Part shown: piece after piece, positions 47,182 to 54,905 of the stretch
Layout of the letters: every line of letters begins with the position of its first letter
Position numbering within the stretch: position 1 is the stretch's first letter
DNA from: Bacteroidales bacterium
GTDB lineage: Bacteria > Bacteroidota > Bacteroidia > Bacteroidales > DTGW01
Reading direction: 5' to 3'
Length of the DNA stretch: 62,024 bases
Assembly (NCBI GenBank): GCA_026416115.1
Contig: JAOAFU010000206.1
Span: forward strand, 1 to 62,024
Notes under the pieces: generated by a model
What the model saw: only the letters and a program-made list of their open reading frames with translations
The model's database searches: none
What the model was told of the DNA's origin: nothing
Made by a program: the position numbers and the translations under genes

Positions 47182-48645
47182 ATGAAAAAATTTTTATCAA
47201 TTGCTACGACATTGATAGCAGGAACATATTTAATGGCACAAAGCTATCTTTCCGATGCTATCAGAGTATATGATAATTATTATAAAGGGACAGCTCGTAC
47301 CGCAGCTATGGGCAACGCATTTAGTTCGCTTGGTGGCGATATGGGTGCTATTCCTACCAATCCTGCTTCTTTAGGGGTTTACCAATCGAACGAGTTATTG
47401 TTTTCTACCGGTTTGCTTTCGTATGATAATAACAGTAGCTTTTACGGCACTTCGTATAAAGAGACGGGTTACAAATTTGATATTTCGTCTGCAGGCATTT
47501 TATTCAATCGGAAATTAGATGCCTCAGAAGATTGGAAGACAGTAAACTTTTATTTTGGATACAACAAGTTAAATAATTTGAATAGTATTTTCAGCATTCG
47601 GGGCATTACACCCAATACAACTATGATGAATGAGTTTGTTAGTTATGCCAATTCAAGCCCCAATTCTCTCGACAGCTATTTCGAACAGTTGGCCTACGAT
47701 TTATATGTTCTCGATTACGATACAATCAACAACAAGTACTTCTCACCCTATTCTGGTATTCCCTTACGTCAACAACGAAGTATTGAAACTGCAGGTTCGC
47801 TGGGCGAATTTTCTTTTGGTTTGGGTGCCAACTATAATCATGTTCTTTATTTGGGTTTTACAATCAATGCTCGTTCGGGTTATTACGAAGATGTTTATCA
47901 TCATACCGAGATAGACGTTGAAAATAAGATTACCGATTATTCTTACACCTTTAATTATCAGCTAATGACATGGGTGAATGGCTGGAATGCTAAATTTGGG
48001 ATAATTTATCGACCCATTGAGCCCCTTCGCATCGGGATAGGCATTCATACTCCCTCGGTACTGAAAATGAGGCAGGAAATGTATACTACTATGACTGCTG
48101 TAGACGATAATGGCCAAACATGGTCGGCAGAACCTAAAGACTCGAGAGGTAATAATTTGGGGAATTTTTTAGATCGATATACTTTTACTACTCCCTTCCG
48201 TACTGTAATAGGTGTATCGTATTTATTTGGTGAAAGGGGTTTAGTTAGTGTTGATTACGAACGTGCGGATTACAGTCGAATAAAAGTCACTTCTGCCGAT
48301 GATCAAAATGCTAAAGATTACACGAATGATGATGTAAAATCTTTCCTTAAGGCAACCAACAATTTAAGAGCTGGTGGAGAGCTTAAATTGAATAGTTTTT
48401 ACATTCGAGGCGGTTTATCATATTATCAAAGTCCATATAAATCGGGTCAGATTAACGATAAGGCCAATACTTATATCTATAGTGGAGGTATTGGTTACCG
48501 AACGAAAAGTATTGTTATCGATTTTGCATATACATTAACTCAACGTTCCGAGAAGTATTACTTGTACGACGATAACAACCTCTATCCTGCTAAATTAGAA
48601 ACTGGTGTTGGAAGCTATTTACTTACTTTTGGTTTACGTTTTTAG
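47182..48645 (+). CDS. FadL/TodX/PorV-like outer-membrane beta-barrel protein
   Basis: It has a signal peptide. The N-terminal hatch-like motif GTARTAAMGNAFSSLGGDMGAIPTNPASLG matches the FadL-family pattern. It has amphipathic strands and ends LLTFGLRF. It starts 32 nt after the Tyr-rich gene. Confidence 0.65.
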   Translation: MKKFLSIATTLIAGTYLMAQSYLSDAIRVYDNYYKGTARTAAMGNAFSSLGGDMGAIPTNPASLGVYQSNELLFSTGLLSYDNNSSFYGTSYKETGYKFDISSAGILFNRKLDASEDWKTVNFYFGYNKLNNLNSIFSIRGITPNTTMMNEFVSYANSSPNSLDSYFEQLAYDLYVLDYDTINNKYFSPYSGIPLRQQRSIETAGSLGEFSFGLGANYNHVLYLGFTINARSGYYEDVYHHTEIDVENKITDYSYTFNYQLMTWVNGWNAKFGIIYRPIEPLRIGIGIHTPSVLKMRQEMYTTMTAVDDNGQTWSAEPKDSRGNNLGNFLDRYTFTTPFRTVIGVSYLFGERGLVSVDYERADYSRIKVTSADDQNAKDYTNDDVKSFLKATNNLRAGGELKLNSFYIRGGLSYYQSPYKSGQINDKANTYIYSGGIGYRTKSIVIDFAYTLTQRSEKYYLYDDNNLYPAKLETGVGSYLLTFGLRF

Positions 48646-48651
48646 TGGGAT

Positions 48652-49581
48652 CTAAAATAGGTTACGTCTTCGGAATATTAAAAGACTAACAAACGAAAGT
48701 ATAAGAGAACCTATAACCACGTAAAAAAAGGCATATCTAGAATCTTCGAAGTGATTATTTAAGTTCATCCCGAAATAGCTTGCAATAAGCGTTGGGATCA
48801 TCAGGATAATGGTTATAGAGGTAAGTTGCTTCATCACATCGTTGAGGTTATTAGAAATAATCGATGCAAAAGCATCCATCAGATTAGCTTGAATGTCGCT
48901 ATATATTTGTGACATTTCAATTGCCTGTTTTATTTCAATTACAACATCAGCTAATAGATCTTCATTTAGATCGGGGCTACTGGCAAAACGAGAACGTTGA
49001 AGTTTCTGAAGCAAAAGCTCATTTGATTTAAGCGAAGTTATGAAAAACACCAGACACTTTTCCATTCGCATGAGATTCTGGAGTTCTTTGTTATGCGTCG
49101 AACGCTCGATACGTTTTTCAATATGGGTAGTACGAACGTTGATATCTTTTAGATAATGCAAATAAAGACTTGCCGAACGGTGAAAAATCTCGAGTACAAA
49201 ATTAATTTTGTTTTCAATCTGTATTGCCTTTGTTTTAACTGGATAAAGGATGCTTCGAATAACATCATTCTCATAAAGGCATATAGTTACTATAGTATGT
49301 GGAGATATGAGAATTCCCAAAGGTACTGTTACATAAGGAACGTTACTGTCTGTTCGGAAAACTGGTATACGAATAATTATCATCAGCCATCGTCCTTCGC
49401 CTTCGGTACGTGAACGTTCGTCGACGTCGAGGATATCGTTAATGTAATCGATAGGAATCCTCAACTCGTTTACAAGTCGATCTATTTCTTCAGGTGTAGG
49501 ATCGGTTACATTGATCCAGCATCCTTTTTCAAATTCATCTATTTCTATAAGTCTATTGGTTTGTTTCCAAATGGTCAGCAT
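48652..49581 (-). CDS. corA: CorA-family divalent cation (Mg/Co/Ni) transporter
   Basis: The cytoplasmic N-domain is followed by two C-terminal TM helices. The GMN signature appears in IASYFGMNLN. Confidence 0.88.
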   Translation of the reverse strand: MLTIWKQTNRLIEIDEFEKGCWINVTDPTPEEIDRLVNELRIPIDYINDILDVDERSRTEGEGRWLMIIIRIPVFRTDSNVPYVTVPLGILISPHTIVTICLYENDVIRSILYPVKTKAIQIENKINFVLEIFHRSASLYLHYLKDINVRTTHIEKRIERSTHNKELQNLMRMEKCLVFFITSLKSNELLLQKLQRSRFASSPDLNEDLLADVVIEIKQAIEMSQIYSDIQANLMDAFASIISNNLNDVMKQLTSITIILMIPTLIASYFGMNLNNHFEDSRYAFFYVVIGSLILSFVSLLIFRRRNLF

Positions 49582-49745
49582 AATTTAACTTTTTTTGGCA
49601 GCGTTATTTTAATTTGTTTTCCCTACATTCGAAAAAATTAAAATGCAACTACCAAAAAAATGACTATGTAACAATTGTTCTGTTACTTGCTGACGCAACC
49701 CTTTTGCTTGCCAATAAAAGGATTTTAAAAAATTTCTATTAAACA

Positions 49746-49810
49746 TTGCGCCTTCTTTTTTTTCCTGTCAATTGAAGGCGCACAGGAAAATGGCCTCAAT
49801 TGAAACAGGA
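49746..49810. repeat. Cluster of three overlapping, mutually exclusive inverted repeats upstream of corA
   Basis: Repeat A pairs TGCGCCTTC (49746-54) with GAAGGCGCA (49773-81). Repeat B pairs TTTTCCTGT (49759-67) with ACAGGAAAA (49781-89). Repeat C pairs TTCCTGTCAATTGA (49761-74) with TCAATTGAAACAGGAA (49795-810) with a 2-nt bulge. Confidence 0.6.
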
Positions 49811-49871
49811 AGGATTTAACTTTAATTTACACGGGCCATCATCCATAAATCAACATGTGTTGGTTTGCCTG

Positions 49872-49879
49872 CAAAGGTA
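49872..49879 (-). promoter_or_regulatory. Candidate -7 promoter box for corA, implying a ~285-nt leader
   Basis: The minus strand reads TACCTTTG (TAnnTTTG). It is the only consensus-like box I found between corA and position 50400 in the minus orientation. Confidence 0.35.
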
Positions 49880-50446
49880 AAAATTATTTTCTATAATAAA
49901 AAAGGAAATTAAACTCTAGCGGTCAATATTGCCAATTAATCTCCAGATTTGTCCGAACAATTATTGGTATAAGTGTGCTTAACTCCTAATATTTATGCTT
50001 GTTGTTAATATTTATTAATGATGGAGTATCTCAACCAGTTTACTGGGTTAAAACTAAAAGGCAAGATTTGATGATATTGCCAAAATACTGTACTATTTTG
50101 ATTATGAATGCAATCAGCTCTACTGAAGCCGAACGGGAGTCGCAATTAAACTTCCACACAATCCCACAGAAGCGATTTAAAATTGTATTCGGTAAAAAAC
50201 TAAGTCAATTGATTTGAAAGTCGAATGAATATGCTTTTACAAAATTGTGTTTTTGTTAAATCTAAGGAGTAATAATATATTGTTTTATAGGTGATTAATA
50301 ATTGTTTACATTGGATTTTCATAAAATATTTCAGACAGTTGTTTAAGCGTAATAAAGATCCAAGTTTTAGTTTATTAATCATTCCCATTTTAGATAATGG
50401 CAAAACTTGATTTTAAAAAGCAATTTTACTATTTTACGAAAAGCAT

Positions 50447-50454
50447 TATCTTTG
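50447..50454 (+). promoter_or_regulatory. Candidate -7 promoter box for the small-ORF/nikR operon
   Basis: TATCTTTG lies 17 nt upstream of the ATG at 50472 and inside the longer track ORF that starts at 50397. Confidence 0.45.
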
Positions 50455-50471
50455 AAAAAAAAGAGAACAAT

Positions 50472-50711
50472 ATGTTTAAAACAATAACTATACACACAAG
50501 AAGTTCTTTCTGGTCGAGTAGAGAGACCCATGATGAGATTGTAGTTGATTCGGATGATCTTGGAGTAGAGATAGAATTTCAGTGCAATTTGCTGGAGAAA
50601 GAGGGGTATATTGTACGTCAAATTATTCCTGTAAATTCGGGAAATTTAGTTGCAGGAAGCGGAGGATACTATACCGAAAGTGTTGTAATTACTGCAGAGA
50701 AAATACATTAG
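50472..50711 (+). CDS. Small hypothetical protein (79 aa) translationally coupled to nikR
   Basis: The sequence is MFKTITIHTRSSFWSSRETHDEIVVDSDDLGVEIEFQCNLLEKEGYIVRQIIPVNSG.... Its stop TAG at 50709-11 lies one nt before the nikR ATG. I recognised no family. Confidence 0.5.
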   Translation: MFKTITIHTRSSFWSSRETHDEIVVDSDDLGVEIEFQCNLLEKEGYIVRQIIPVNSGNLVAGSGGYYTESVVITAEKIH

Positions 50712-50712
50712 T

Positions 50713-51114
50713 ATGGCAATAAAACGCTTTGGTGTTAGCATTGATGAGGAGGTTTTGTCAACTCTCGATCGATATGTACGAGAAAACAATTTTTCTAACC
50801 GTTCTCAGGCCATTCGTTCTTTAGTTGAGCAGTACATAGTGGAGAATAAATGGCAAAAAAACGAAATTGTAGCTGGTGCCATAGTAATATTGTACGATCA
50901 TCATAAGTCCGACATAATCATTAGGCTGAATGAGATTCAGCATGATTATCATGAAATGATTTTGTCGACACAACATTTTCATCTCGATCATGATACATGT
51001 CTCGAAATCATTGCAGTAAAGGGGAGAGCAAAATTGCTTCAGGAACTGGCCGATCTTATTCTTAGCCGAAAGGGGATTATACACGGGAAATTGGTTATGA
51101 GTAAAGCTGAGTAG
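50713..51114 (+). CDS. nikR: Nickel-responsive regulator NikR (ribbon-helix-helix plus metal-binding domain)
   Basis: The RHH region is KRFGVSIDEEVLSTLDRYVRENNFSNRSQAIRSLV. The C-domain QHDYHEMILSTQHFHLDHDTCLEIIAVKG appears to conserve the His/His/His/Cys nickel ligands of E. coli NikR, aligned from memory. Confidence 0.8.
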   Translation: MAIKRFGVSIDEEVLSTLDRYVRENNFSNRSQAIRSLVEQYIVENKWQKNEIVAGAIVILYDHHKSDIIIRLNEIQHDYHEMILSTQHFHLDHDTCLEIIAVKGRAKLLQELADLILSRKGIIHGKLVMSKAE

Positions 51115-51117
51115 CCA

Positions 51118-52014
51118 GTGTTACAATACGTCCGACACGAAAATATTGATAAACTTAAGTGGGACAGAGCAATTGAGTATTCAATAGCGGGTATGCCCTA
51201 TGCTTTGTCGTGGTATCTTGATACTATTAGTCCCTATTGGGATGCAATTATCGATGGCGATTATAAAAGCATAATGCCTATACCTGTGAAAAAAAAATAC
51301 GGCTTACGTTATGTGATTCAACCACCATTTGCTCAGCAATTAGGAATATTCTCGAACGAAAATCTCGATACCGCGACTATTAATTCGTTTTTAAGATTAC
51401 TTACAAGGAAGTTTGGTTATGTAAATATTCAGCTAAATTTTTCGAATCGATGCGCCTTGCTAAGGGATAATAGCCCTAATTATGTTCTTGATTTAAATAA
51501 GGATTACATTGATTTAAAGCACTTGTTCTCAGAAAATCACCGACGTAATATTAGAAAAATTGAACAAGAAAATAAGCTCTTTGAGGCTAATGAGCTTTCG
51601 AATTCGGCTATTGAGTTGTTTATAAAGACCAATGAGCCGCTAAAGCATTTGGTTCCCCAGTTGCTAAAAATCACGGAGGCAGCAAAAGCAAATCACGCTG
51701 GAGATTGGCAGGTAGCAGTTAACGAAAAGCATGAGATCGTAGGTGTAATTTTTTGGTTGAAGTTTAAGTATCGTCATATTTATTTGTATTCTCTTTCGTC
51801 GGAAGTTGGAAAAAATCTTCGAGCTAGTTTTTTCTTGGTAAATCAGTATATTCGCCAAAACGCAGGTGATACTATATTGCTAGACTTTGAGGGGTCGAGG
51901 ATTCGAGGTATTGCTCGTTTTTTTGAAGGTTTTGGTGCCCGGCTTGAACCCTATCCGGTTTACAAGTATAAAAACTGGTTGCATTTGTTAAGAAGCAGTA
52001 TGTCGCCAACTTAA
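51118..52014 (+). CDS. FemAB-like / GNAT-fold acyltransferase family protein (Acetyltransf_6-like)
   Basis: The 298-aa protein has a GTG start 3 nt after the nikR stop. The N-terminal pattern KLKWDRAI...YALSWYLD and the overall size resemble FemAB-like GNAT proteins common in Bacteroidota. The assignment is tentative. Confidence 0.5.
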   Translation: MLQYVRHENIDKLKWDRAIEYSIAGMPYALSWYLDTISPYWDAIIDGDYKSIMPIPVKKKYGLRYVIQPPFAQQLGIFSNENLDTATINSFLRLLTRKFGYVNIQLNFSNRCALLRDNSPNYVLDLNKDYIDLKHLFSENHRRNIRKIEQENKLFEANELSNSAIELFIKTNEPLKHLVPQLLKITEAAKANHAGDWQVAVNEKHEIVGVIFWLKFKYRHIYLYSLSSEVGKNLRASFFLVNQYIRQNAGDTILLDFEGSRIRGIARFFEGFGARLEPYPVYKYKNWLHLLRSSMSPT

Positions 52015-53919
52015 TGTATTATCATCATGATGTATTATTTTACCATTATCGAGCAACCATCGTACAAGTCTAATTACTTTCTCCGAAGGATATCGCGACT
52101 TGAGTTGTTCAATAATACTTTCGAGCGATGTTGGTTGTCCATGAAGAATTTTTTTTAGTTCATCGACTATAAGATCGAATTCATATTTACTCATATCCAG
52201 TTCGTTTCGTCGCAGACAAATGTCGCACTGTCCGCATCGAACAGTATTTTTTTCGCCAAAATAATGCAGGATAATTTCGCTTCGGCAGTGTAGATTCGAT
52301 TCGGCATAATGCAACATTGCTTCAATTTTATCGGTATAAATTTTTTTACGTTGCATATATTGTTCATATCCTATATAAAGAGCTTTATCTTCAAGGCGTT
52401 CTTCGGTATATATTATAACAGGGTTAGTTTTACGTGGGATATAATTGATAATACCAGCCGTTTTGAGTTTGTTTATGTATTTATATACATCGTCGATGCT
52501 AATATTGGCGCGTTTTGCCAAAGTTTCTTCGCTAATATTTACGTAGCTTGTAAACAATCCCTCGTACGAACGGAGTAGGAGCTTAATAAATCCATCGAAT
52601 GCAATATTGGCTACCTGAAATTTATAAAGATCGTCGCGCCCAACAAGGAAATGTATTTTGGATGGATTATTCAGTTCGTCGGTAAGTTCAATATAACCTT
52701 GCTGTTCGAGTATTTTAAGACTACTATATGCTGTTTGTAGGTTGAGTCGATAGGTAGCTGCAAAATCGTATAGGTCGAAATCGTATGCCATATATTTTCC
52801 GCCTCCGTAAGGTATTTGTAAATAATTTCCCAAGGCATTGTATATGTTTTTTATGGTTTTAATGTCCGGAAAATTAGATTCGATACGTTTTTCGACGCTT
52901 AAGCGGTCGTTTTTATTATATAGCAGTACTGCATATGCTTTTTGCTCGTCTCTTCCGGCACGTCCAGCTTCCTGGTAGTAACTTTCTAGCGAATCGGGCA
53001 AGTCGAAATGAACGACAGCCCTTACGTCGGGTTTATCTATTCCCATCCCAAAGGCATTGGTGGCAACCATTATTCGAGTACGGTTTCGTTGCCATGCTTC
53101 TTGCTTAAGGTCTCGGTCGGTAATAGATAGACCTGCATGATAAAAATCGGCAGAAAGATTATTTTTTTTCAAAAAATCGGCTATTTCTGCAGTTTTGTTC
53201 CGGTTTCGAACATATACGATACCACTACCCTTGATAGACTGGAATATTTTAACTAATTGGCTTTTTTTATCTTCGGTTTCGCGCACTACATAAACTATAT
53301 TTTTACGCTCAAAACTTTTTTGCAGAATGTTTTTTTCTTTAAAGCGTAAAGAGATCATAATATCTTCCGCAACCTCTGGAGTAGCTGTTGCGGTAAGAGC
53401 AAGTACATTTACGTTAGGAAGTAACTCTCTCAATTGAGCTATTTTCAAATACGATGGTCGAAAGTCGTAGCCCCACATCGAAATACAATGAGCCTCATCG
53501 ACAGCAATAAGGTTTACTTTCATTTGTTGTATCCGTGAGCGAAATATATCGGTACCTAAACGTTCGGGCGAGCAGTATAAAAATTTATAATCGCCGTACA
53601 AGCAATTATCGAGAGCAATATTGATTTCCTCCCAACTTAATCCCGAATAAACAGCAACGGCCTTAATTTGTTTTTGTTTTAATTTTTCTACCTGATCTTT
53701 CATTAACGCTATCAGTGGGGTTACAACAATACATAGCCCTTCGTTAAATAAAGCGGGGACTTGATAAGTGATAGATTTTCCCCCTCCCGTTGGTAAAAGT
53801 GCAAGGGTATCGCGTTTTTCGAGTACCGATTCGATTATTTCATACTGCAACGGACGGAATTGGCTATAACCCCAGTATTTCTTTAAAATTTTCAGGCACT
53901 GTTCTCGTTTAGTATCCAT
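51988..53919 (-). CDS. recQ: RecQ-family ATP-dependent DNA helicase
   Basis: Helicase motifs include FRPLQYEII, LPTGGGKS, DEAHCISMWGYDFRPSY, LTATAT and ATNAFGMGIDKPDVR. QEAGRAGRD is also present. A zinc-binding RQC-type cluster is in CRSEIILHYFGE...CGQCDIC. Confidence 0.9.
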   Translation of the reverse strand: MDTKREQCLKILKKYWGYSQFRPLQYEIIESVLEKRDTLALLPTGGGKSITYQVPALFNEGLCIVVTPLIALMKDQVEKLKQKQIKAVAVYSGLSWEEINIALDNCLYGDYKFLYCSPERLGTDIFRSRIQQMKVNLIAVDEAHCISMWGYDFRPSYLKIAQLRELLPNVNVLALTATATPEVAEDIMISLRFKEKNILQKSFERKNIVYVVRETEDKKSQLVKIFQSIKGSGIVYVRNRNKTAEIADFLKKNNLSADFYHAGLSITDRDLKQEAWQRNRTRIMVATNAFGMGIDKPDVRAVVHFDLPDSLESYYQEAGRAGRDEQKAYAVLLYNKNDRLSVEKRIESNFPDIKTIKNIYNALGNYLQIPYGGGKYMAYDFDLYDFAATYRLNLQTAYSSLKILEQQGYIELTDELNNPSKIHFLVGRDDLYKFQVANIAFDGFIKLLLRSYEGLFTSYVNISEETLAKRANISIDDVYKYINKLKTAGIINYIPRKTNPVIIYTEERLEDKALYIGYEQYMQRKKIYTDKIEAMLHYAESNLHCRSEIILHYFGEKNTVRCGQCDICLRRNELDMSKYEFDLIVDELKKILHGQPTSLESIIEQLKSRYPSEKVIRLVRWLLDNGKIIHHDDNTLSWRHTAS

Positions 53920-53931
53920 AGCGAATACTTG

Positions 53932-54372
53932 TTAGGGATTAATCCCATGTACGTTTTGAAATTCTTTCCATTCGGTTATGAAAGATTTACGGCTATGCAC
54001 TTGTTTCTGTTTTTCGATATAATCGATGAGTCGTTCGACCTGTGACTGGCTTACGCTATAAACTCCATACTCGGTGTGCCAATCGAATGAATGAGCAGGA
54101 AAAAGAGCTTCATTAATAACATTTTTGCTTTCGTTGAGAGCCATATCAATAGCATCAGAAATTACCCAATTGGGCGAAGCTTGCAAGAGAAGATGTAGGT
54201 GCTCTTTTGAACCATTAATTGCCTCGACTTTAAAATTTTGATTATGAAAGCATTCTTTTACTATTGCAAACAATTGCTTTTCGTTATCGGGCAAGATTAA
54301 TGGTAGACGGTTGGCAGTACCTATAATGAGATGTAATCGAATATTGTATAAAACTTTGTATTTTTCAGCCAT
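53932..54372 (-). CDS. IS200/IS605-like Y1 (HUH) transposase-family protein, solitary
   Basis: The HUH motif is in KEHLHLLLQ. The C-terminal region W.TEYGVYSVSQSQVERLIDYIEKQKQVHSRKSF resembles the widespread ~150-aa Y1_Tnp family. I saw no flanking hairpins, inverted repeats or tnpB. Confidence 0.7.
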   Translation of the reverse strand: MAEKYKVLYNIRLHLIIGTANRLPLILPDNEKQLFAIVKECFHNQNFKVEAINGSKEHLHLLLQASPNWVISDAIDMALNESKNVINEALFPAHSFDWHTEYGVYSVSQSQVERLIDYIEKQKQVHSRKSFITEWKEFQNVHGINP

Positions 54373-54396
54373 GAAGTAATAGTTGTTAAATAACCA

Positions 54397-54888
54397 TTAA
54401 TAAAGATTGATAAATTCGTATGTATTACCTACAAAATTGAGAAACTTTTTCAAATCATAATTCGAGATAACTATTGATGCCGTGTTAACATTGGGATGAA
54501 AACTAATTTTATGGGCTAATTGTAAGTTTTCATCTAAAAATAAATGGACATGTTTTTCTTTGTCGTTGATAAGAGCAAAAGGTGACACAGAGCCAGGTTT
54601 AACACCTAAATATTTTTCCATTCTGGTTTCCGAAGCAAACGAAAGTTTTCCTTGACGGAGCCGCTTTTCGAGCTCATGTATATTAAGTTCGTACCTATGG
54701 TCGAAGACTACAAGGTAATGCCGGTTACCTTTGTGATTCCTGAAGAATAAGTTTTTACAATGAATTGCATCTATATCTTTCCAATATTTTTTAGCTTCTT
54801 CGATGGTTGGGGCTGGTGGATGCTCGTAATATGTGAAGGGTATTTGCAACTGTTCAAGAATTTTATACAATTCTTTCTGGCCATTCAT
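54397..54888 (-). CDS. YbaK/ProX-type aminoacyl-tRNA deacylase domain protein
   Basis: The motifs are FTYYEHPPAPTIEEA, HCKNLFFRN and LGVKPGSVSPFALIND. The protein is 163 aa. Confidence 0.75.
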   Translation of the reverse strand: MNGQKELYKILEQLQIPFTYYEHPPAPTIEEAKKYWKDIDAIHCKNLFFRNHKGNRHYLVVFDHRYELNIHELEKRLRQGKLSFASETRMEKYLGVKPGSVSPFALINDKEKHVHLFLDENLQLAHKISFHPNVNTASIVISNYDLKKFLNFVGNTYEFINLY

Positions 54889-54905
54889 CGACGAAGTATA
54901 TTTTT

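Noticed and set aside
50292-50381. A perfect 10-bp inverted repeat, TGATTAATAA (50292-50301) and TTATTAATCA (50372-50381), might flank an invertible promoter.
   Set aside because: It is pure A/T-rich sequence in an AT-rich spacer, so a chance match is plausible. No site-specific recombinase or invertase gene is nearby, and no promoter box lies between the arms.
49999-50621. Three mutually overlapping small ORFs (72, 67 and 80 aa) lie in the corA-nikR spacer.
   Set aside because: They show no recognisable motifs, signal peptides or coupling to neighbours. They overlap each other on both strands, and the last one overlaps the better-supported 79-aa gene. They remain part of the unexplained-spacer finding rather than called features.
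51988-52014. There is a 27-nt convergent overlap between the 3' ends of the FemAB-like gene and recQ.
   Set aside because: Short 3'-3' overlaps occur in compact genomes, and no structure or alternative stop suggests a regulatory role. It could be revisited if antisense transcription data show interference.
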